DNA from: Gemmatimonadales bacterium | Lineage (GTDB): Bacteria > Gemmatimonadota > Gemmatimonadetes > Gemmatimonadales > GWC2-71-9 | Assembly (NCBI GenBank): GCA_035287045.1 | Contig: DATECF010000339.1 | Coordinates: 1-11,173 of the forward strand | Length of the DNA stretch: 11,173 nt | Reading direction: 5' to 3' | In this document: one piece after another, positions 6,625 through 11,173 of the stretch | Layout: each line of letters starts with the position of its first letter | Position numbering within the stretch: position 1 is the first letter of the stretch | The notes under the pieces: model-generated | Told to the model about the DNA's origin: nothing | Database searches by the model: none | The model's input: only the letters and a program-made list of their open reading frames with translations | Translations under genes and position numbers: made by a program

Positions 6625-7932
6625 GTGGATCCACAGAATGCCATAGTCCTGGGTGGGGTCGCACTGGGGGTGGTTGCCGCGCTGGTGTACACGGTGCGCT
6701 CCCTGATCGTGATCTGCCTGCCCAACGAGATGGTGGTGGTCACCGGGCGGAAGCGGACCACCACGGACGGACGCCTGGTCGGGTATCGGGTGCTGCACGG
6801 AGGACGGACCCTCCGGATCCCGATCGTCGAGAAGGTGTCGCGGATCGACCTGACCACCATCCCGATCGAGGTCATGGTGAAGAACGCGTACTCCAAAGGC
6901 GGCATTCCGCTGGTGGTCCAGGGCATCGCCAACGTGAAGGTGAGCGCCCGCGAGCCCATCTCGTACAACGCCGTGGAGCGGCTACTGGACAAGCCGTTTG
7001 AGGAGGTCATGCAGATCGCCAAGGACACGCTGGAGGGCAATCTGCGCGGCGTGCTCGCCACGTTGACGCCGGAGGAGGTCAACGAGGATCGGTTGAAGTT
7101 CGCGCAGCGGCTGATCGAAGAGGCCGATGAGGATCTGAAGAAGCTCGGCCTGGAGCTGGACACGCTGAAGATCCAGAACGTGACGGACGAGGTGAAATAC
7201 CTGGACTCGATCGGCCGTCAGAAAACGGCGGAGATCCTCAAGGTGGCCCGCGTGGCCGAGGCGCAGCGGAGCTCGGAGGCCGAGCAAACCGAGGCGGCGG
7301 CGCGGCAGGCGGCCCAGGTCGCAGGCCTCCAGGCCGACCTCAAGATCGCGGAGGAGACCAACCGGCTGCGGGTGCGCCGAGCCGAGTTGGAAGCCGAGGC
7401 CCTGGCCCGCGAGTCTGAAGCCAAGGTGGCGGGCGAGAAGGCGAGGGTGGTGGCGGAGCAGACCCTGCAGCAGGAGCGGATCACGTTGGAGCAGCGGCGC
7501 CTGAACGCCGACGTCCTGCTGCCCGCCCAGACCGAGCGCGAGGCCGCCGAGCAGCGCGCCAAGGGCGTGGCGTCCACCATTGCCGAAGACGGGCGCGCGC
7601 GGCTGTTTGTGCTGGAGCAGATGATCAAGCTGTACCAGGGGGCGGGCGGTGAGGCCGAGCGCATTTTCGTGCTGAACATGCTGCCGGACATCGTGCGGGA
7701 GATCACGAAGTCGGTTGAGGGCATGGAGATCGGCAAAGTGACGGTGATCGACTCGGGCGACCGCGGATCGGGGGTCGCGAACGCGGCCAGTCAGCTGCCC
7801 GCGGCCGTGATCAAGCTGACCGAGCAGATCGAGGCGGCCACGGGGATCAACATCCTGAGCCGGCTGGGGAGCCCCGGCGCGGAGCCGCCCGCCCGGCGCG
7901 GGGGCGGGTCCGGCAAGGAGCGCGCGGGCTAG
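6625..7932 (+). CDS. Flotillin-family (SPFH/band-7) protein, YqiK/FloT-like.
   Basis: GTG6625 is the first in-frame start after the nfeD stop, and GAGGG lies at 6616..6620. It has an N-terminal TM (AIVLGGVALGVVAALVYTVRSLIVI) and then an SPFH core (EMVVVTGRKR...IPIEVMVKNAYSKGGIPLVVQGIANVKVS...VTDEVKYLDSIGR). A long Ala/Glu-rich coiled-coil region follows, then a C-terminal KLYQGAGGEAERIFVLNMLPDIV segment typical of flotillins. The tool's ATG6556 start would overlap nfeD by 62 nt and adds a non-membrane leader, so it is rejected. Confidence 0.85.
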   Translation: MDPQNAIVLGGVALGVVAALVYTVRSLIVICLPNEMVVVTGRKRTTTDGRLVGYRVLHGGRTLRIPIVEKVSRIDLTTIPIEVMVKNAYSKGGIPLVVQGIANVKVSAREPISYNAVERLLDKPFEEVMQIAKDTLEGNLRGVLATLTPEEVNEDRLKFAQRLIEEADEDLKKLGLELDTLKIQNVTDEVKYLDSIGRQKTAEILKVARVAEAQRSSEAEQTEAAARQAAQVAGLQADLKIAEETNRLRVRRAELEAEALARESEAKVAGEKARVVAEQTLQQERITLEQRRLNADVLLPAQTEREAAEQRAKGVASTIAEDGRARLFVLEQMIKLYQGAGGEAERIFVLNMLPDIVREITKSVEGMEIGKVTVIDSGDRGSGVANAASQLPAAVIKLTEQIEAATGINILSRLGSPGAEPPARRGGGSGKERAG

Positions 7933-9242
7933 CGGCCCGCGGGCCTGGGCCGCCCGCGGTACTTCTCGTACAGCTCCAGGTGGCGGTTGTCCAGGCTGAC
8001 CTCATTCCCGTTGATGATCACGTGCTTGTACGTAGTCTGAATCATCAGCGGGTCGCCGTCCGTCACGATCAGGTTGGCGATCTTGCCCGGCTCGACGGTG
8101 CCCAGCTTGTCCGCGACGCCCAGGATCTGCGCCGGATAGAGCGTGATCGCCTTGATCGCTTCCTCCTGCGGCAGCCCGTAGGGCACCGCGTTCCCCACCT
8201 CGTACGGCAGGGTCCGGCTGTCCGAGGAATTGAACGTGGAGAGCGCGAACTTGACACCCGCCTGATGTAACGCCGCGGGCTGCGCGTATTTTTCGTCGTA
8301 GGCGCCGTCTTCCGCGTCGGGGAGATCCTGGGTGGGCCCGACGATCACCGGGATCTGCTTCTGTGCCAGCTCTTCCTTCACCTTCCATGCCTGGCCGGCG
8401 CCCAGGATGACGATCCGGACGTTCTGCTTCTCCGCCCAGGCCATCGCGCTCCTGATGTCCCGGTCGCTGTTGGCCTGCACCAGGAGGGGTAGCTCGCGCC
8501 GGGTGACCTTGGTCAGGGCCTCCAGCTTGAGATCGCGCGGCACGCCGTTCCCGGCCTGCACCGCCCGCTCGTAGCGGCGCGCGGCTTCCATCCAGTCGTC
8601 CAGCTGCTTGACCCGATCGTCGTATTCCTTCTTGATCTCACGGAACGGGCGGGGTGGCGCTCCAAAGCCACCGAAGCCGAACCCCCGCGCCTGAAGCGTG
8701 GGCCAGCTCAGCACGAACCCCACCGACGGCTGGATCAGCATCTCCTCCACGGTCCAGCCGTCCAGGTTGATCAGTGAACCCTGGCCCCCGATCCCGCCGG
8801 GCCGGGCCTGGGGCGTGGCCACGGTGTGGGTGATGCCGTTGGCCCGCGCCACGGGGAGGTGCTCGCTCGCCGGATGCACCGCGGTGGCCGCGAGCAGGTG
8901 GGGATTGAACAACCCCAGCTCTTGCCGGTCGTTGGTCACGTCCACGGCGCCGATCTCGGTGAGCCCGAGCGGGGTCACCGCGTCGAACAATCCGGGGTAC
9001 ACGTGCTGCCCGGACGCCTCGATGACCCTGGCGCCCGCGGGGACGTTCACGTTGGTCCCTACCGCTTCGATCTTCCCGTTGCGGATGACGACCGTGCCGT
9101 TCTCGATGGGCGGTCCGGCCAGGGTGAACACCTTGGCGCCGCGGATGACCAGGGTACCCGCGTCCTGCGCTTGAAGCGTGCCGGCGGCCAGGACTGTCGC
9201 GACCACCACCGAACCGCCGAACCGTCGAAGCGCCGTGTTCAT
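7929..9242 (-). CDS. Secreted amidohydrolase-fold protein with degenerate (probably non-catalytic) metal-binding motifs. This is unit C of the tandem module.
   Basis: 437 aa. MNTALRRFGGSVVVATVLAAGTLQAQDAG is a Sec signal peptide. The overall architecture is collinear with unit B (N-terminal beta-domain VIRGAKVFT...NGTVVIRNGKIEAVG, TIM-barrel core, and C-terminal beta-domain KIANLIVTDGDP). The HxH position reads FDAVT (8973..8987). The later metal-ligand positions read VQANSD (vs VHAHSY in B), GAGQAW (vs FQHVLE) and FNSSDS (vs INSDSG). The ATG at 9240..9242 overlaps B's TGA as ATGA, and a strong AGGAGG lies at plus 9247..9252. Confidence 0.85.
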   Translation of the reverse strand: MNTALRRFGGSVVVATVLAAGTLQAQDAGTLVIRGAKVFTLAGPPIENGTVVIRNGKIEAVGTNVNVPAGARVIEASGQHVYPGLFDAVTPLGLTEIGAVDVTNDRQELGLFNPHLLAATAVHPASEHLPVARANGITHTVATPQARPGGIGGQGSLINLDGWTVEEMLIQPSVGFVLSWPTLQARGFGFGGFGAPPRPFREIKKEYDDRVKQLDDWMEAARRYERAVQAGNGVPRDLKLEALTKVTRRELPLLVQANSDRDIRSAMAWAEKQNVRIVILGAGQAWKVKEELAQKQIPVIVGPTQDLPDAEDGAYDEKYAQPAALHQAGVKFALSTFNSSDSRTLPYEVGNAVPYGLPQEEAIKAITLYPAQILGVADKLGTVEPGKIANLIVTDGDPLMIQTTYKHVIINGNEVSLDNRHLELYEKYRGRPRPAGR

Positions 9243-11173
9243 TGCCCCTCCTCTCGCGGCCCCGCCGCATCATCCGTGGTCACCCGGGGCCGCTGCGTCT
9301 GCGTCTTCTCCTTGTCCAGCAGGGCCTTCTTCTCCGCGTCGAGCCGTTTGCGCAGCTCGAGGTCGTGCTGCCGGTCGAAATAGATCTGGCCGTCCACGAT
9401 GGTCGTCACCGGCAGGGCATAGGTACCCAGCGGGTGGCCGTCGAAGATCACCAGGTCCGCGTCCTTGCCCACCTCGATGGACCCGACGCGGTTCTCGATG
9501 TGGAGCTGCTTGGCGGGGTTCAGGGTGACCAGCGCCAGCGCTTGGTCCTCGGTGAGCCCGCCCCAGTGCATGGCCTTGCCGGCCTCCTGGTTCAAGTGCC
9601 GCATCTCTTCGCCACTGTCGGAGTTGATGGATGACACCACGCCCCGCTCGGTCATCAACGCCGCGTTATAGGGAATGGCGTCGTAGGCCTCGACCTTATA
9701 GGCCCACCAGTCGGAGAATGTGGAGGCGCCGGCGCCGTGCTTGGCGATTTCGTCTGCCACTTTGTAGCCCTCCAGCACGTGCTGGAACGTGGCGATCTTG
9801 AAATTGAATTCCTCCGCCAGGCGGATCAGCTGGAGAATCTCGTCGGCCCGGTACGAATGGGCGTGCACCAGTCGCTTCCCGTCCAGGATCTCGGCCAGCG
9901 TCTCGAGCTTCAGGTCGCGCCGCGGCGGGATGAGGTTGGTCGCTCTCCCACGCTGCGCCTTGACCTTCGCCTCGTACTCGCTCCACTGCCGTCGGTACTC
10001 CCGGGCGGCTACGAACGCGTCACGGACCACGTCCATGACCCCCATGCGGGTCGCGGGATAGCGGTCCGGCTCGCGGTCCCGCTTGGGATTCTCGCCTAAG
10101 GCGAACTTGATGCCGGGTTGAGCGCCGGGAAACATCAGCCCAGCCGCGTCGGCGCCCCACTTGAGCTTGATCACGGCGTTCTTGCCGCCAATGGGATTGG
10201 CGCTGCCGTGCAGCACGTTGACCGAGGTGACCCCGCCGGCCAGCGCGCGGTAGATCCCCATATCGTCCGGGTCCAGCACGTCCTCGATACCCACCATGGC
10301 GGACACCGCTACCGCGCCTTCGTTGATGGCGTCGGCCGCGATGTGGGAGTGGGCGTCAATGATGCCCGGCGTCAGGTACTTGCCGGTGGCGTCAATCACC
10401 AGGGCGTTGGCCGGCGCGGTCACGTCGGTCCCCACCGCTGCGATCTTGCCGTCGCGCACCAGCACCGAGGCGTTCTGGATGGTCCCGTTGGTGACCGTCA
10501 TGACAGTGGCGTTCTTAATGAGCATCACGCGCGGCGACTGAATGGGGCCGCGGTCATTGGTCAACGGAACCGGCGGACCGACGGTCACGGCGGACTCGGC
10601 GGCTGGCTCCTGACCGCCTTGACCGCCGGTCCGTCCGCTCGCCCGCCCGCCCTGCTCGCCGTCGGCCACCGCCGGCGCAGGCTCGTACTTCCGGCCGTCC
10701 ACGATCACGTACTTGACCTTGGTGCCGGCCTCGAACAGGTCGCCGTCCGTCACCACCACGTTGGCGATCTTCCCGACGTCCAGCGTGCCCAGGCGATCCG
10801 CCACGCCGAAGATCTGGGCCGGGTTGGCGGTGAGGGCCTTGAGCGCGCCGTCTTTGGTGAGGCCCGCCGCGACCGACTTCCGCACGTTGTCCAGGAACTT
10901 TTGTGGATCGGTGAGACCGCCGTCGTAAAAAGCGAACGTGACGCCGGCTTTCTCCAATTCCATGGGCGTGGTGGGCGCGCGATCGCGGAAGCGGAGGGTT
11001 TGGAGCGTAGGCTCGGCATCCGGGTCGCCGTCCGGGTCCCGCGCCGGCCAGTCCACGTTCACCAGCACCGGCACCTTCCGCTGAGCCAGGGCGGCGGCCT
11101 TGGCGTAGCCCTGCTGCGCGCCGTACACGACGGGGACGGTGTTGGTCTCCTGCGCGATCTGAAAGACGCGATC
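9239..11173 (-). CDS. Tandem two-domain amidohydrolase (units A-B fused). The gene is 5'-truncated by the window edge, and B is predicted to be the catalytic unit.
   Basis: The frame is open from the window edge (11173) to TGA 9239..9241, so the tool's GTG11128 start is not the true start. The first ~150 codons (11173..~10679) encode the C-terminal part of an amidohydrolase unit (…GVTFAFYDGG…ANPAQIFGVADRLGTLDVGKIANVVVTDGD…VDGRKYEP). A Gly/Gln/Pro-rich linker follows (10544..10678: PAPAVADGEQGGRASGRTGGQGGQEPAAESAVTVGPPVPL). Then comes a complete unit B with IIDAHSH (HxH at 10343..10351), VHAHSYRADE, FQHV and SINSDSGE, ending in …IEVGKDADLVIFDGHPL. Confidence 0.85.
   Translation of the reverse strand, partial: DRVFQIAQETNTVPVVYGAQQGYAKAAALAQRKVPVLVNVDWPARDPDGDPDAEPTLQTLRFRDRAPTTPMELEKAGVTFAFYDGGLTDPQKFLDNVRKSVAAGLTKDGALKALTANPAQIFGVADRLGTLDVGKIANVVVTDGDLFEAGTKVKYVIVDGRKYEPAPAVADGEQGGRASGRTGGQGGQEPAAESAVTVGPPVPLTNDRGPIQSPRVMLIKNATVMTVTNGTIQNASVLVRDGKIAAVGTDVTAPANALVIDATGKYLTPGIIDAHSHIAADAINEGAVAVSAMVGIEDVLDPDDMGIYRALAGGVTSVNVLHGSANPIGGKNAVIKLKWGADAAGLMFPGAQPGIKFALGENPKRDREPDRYPATRMGVMDVVRDAFVAAREYRRQWSEYEAKVKAQRGRATNLIPPRRDLKLETLAEILDGKRLVHAHSYRADEILQLIRLAEEFNFKIATFQHVLEGYKVADEIAKHGAGASTFSDWWAYKVEAYDAIPYNAALMTERGVVSSINSDSGEEMRHLNQEAGKAMHWGGLTEDQALALVTLNPAKQLHIENRVGSIEVGKDADLVIFDGHPLGTYALPVTTIVDGQIYFDRQHDLELRKRLDAEKKALLDKEKTQTQRPRVTTDDAAGPREEGQ
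9243..9255 (-). promoter_or_regulatory. Shine-Dalgarno and ATGA translational-coupling junction for unit C, embedded in the 3' end of unit B.
   Basis: The minus strand reads GAGAGGAGGGGCAATGA. AGGAGG sits 4 nt upstream of ATG (9240..9242), and that ATG shares two bases with B's TGA stop. Confidence 0.55.
10544..10678 (-). other. Low-complexity Gly/Gln/Pro/Ala inter-domain linker joining amidohydrolase units A and B.
   Basis: It encodes APAVADGEQGGRASGRTGGQGGQEPAAESAVTVGPPVPLTNDRGP. There is no stop codon, start context or signal peptide between the two amidohydrolase units. Confidence 0.6.

Noticed and set aside
5898-7163. Upstream extension of the protease ORF to Met at 7163 (tool ORF of 1278 aa)
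   Set aside because: This part is antisense to the nfeD and flotillin genes and is compositionally junk (SSSRPSFFRSSSASS...). The internal Met at 5897 begins a canonical lipoprotein signal peptide and is preceded by an SD-like GGTGA.
8698-9383. + strand ORFs 8698..9174 and 8826..9383 overlapping amidohydrolase unit C
   Set aside because: They are antisense shadows with no domain signatures. The - strand frame shows clear amidohydrolase architecture and a signal peptide.
11126-11128. GTG11128 as the start of the distal amidohydrolase gene (tool ORF 9239..11128)
   Set aside because: The frame stays open to the window edge. Residues upstream and downstream of this codon together form a recognisable amidohydrolase C-terminal domain (...NTVPVVYGAQQGY...), so the gene continues beyond 11173.
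1-11173. CRISPR arrays, tRNA/rRNA, IS or transposase, integrase, toxin-antitoxin or known defense-system genes
   Set aside because: I scanned both strands by eye for short direct repeats with spacers, cloverleaf-like tRNA signatures, terminal inverted repeats and characteristic motifs. None were found. All sizeable ORFs are accounted for by transport, protease, scaffold or hydrolase functions.

Overview
This is a G+C-rich, tightly packed bacterial chromosomal window with 8 supportable protein-coding genes. There are no RNA genes, CRISPR arrays or mobile elements. The ADOP-type duplicated FtsX permease and the SD-like sites suggest an Acidobacteriota- or Gemmatimonadota-like organism (inference only).

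Genes in order:
- (+) 51..326: small DUF2277-like protein.
- (+) 389..2851: 820-aa MacB-like/FtsX duplicated permease (ADOP family) with no ATPase in the window.
- (-) 2848..3330: 160-aa single-pass membrane protein, translationally coupled by an ATGA overlap to the protease upstream of it.
- (-) 3327..5897: 856-aa lipoprotein zinc metalloprotease (HEVGHTLGYQHD metzincin signature).
- (+) 6042..6617 and 6625..7932: a divergent NfeD-like / flotillin (SPFH) pair.
- (-) 7929..>11173: a module of three tandem amidohydrolase-fold units.

The amidohydrolase module is the most unusual thing here. Two units (A, cut by the window edge, and B) are fused in one frame through a Gly/Gln/Pro-rich linker. 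B keeps the full metal-binding signature (IIDAHSH, VHAHS, FQH, NSDS). A third unit C, which has a signal peptide, is coupled to B by another ATGA overlap and has lost every metal-ligand position (FDAVT in place of DAHSH, and so on), so it is a likely pseudoenzyme partner. The visible part of A resembles C rather than B.

Other observations:
- Both convergent gene pairs end in a shared CTAG stop-codon overlap with no terminator space.
- The divergent promoter region contains a perfect 8-bp GC hairpin.
- Unit A and unit C share ~75% nucleotide identity over their C-terminal beta-domain region, with 16-nt and 12-nt exact runs.
- Many long 'ORFs' on the opposite strands are GC-driven shadow ORFs and are rejected.

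I do not see a canonical defense or mobile system. The candidate novel biology is the catalytic-plus-pseudoenzyme amidohydrolase triad and the protease plus coupled small-membrane-protein pair.
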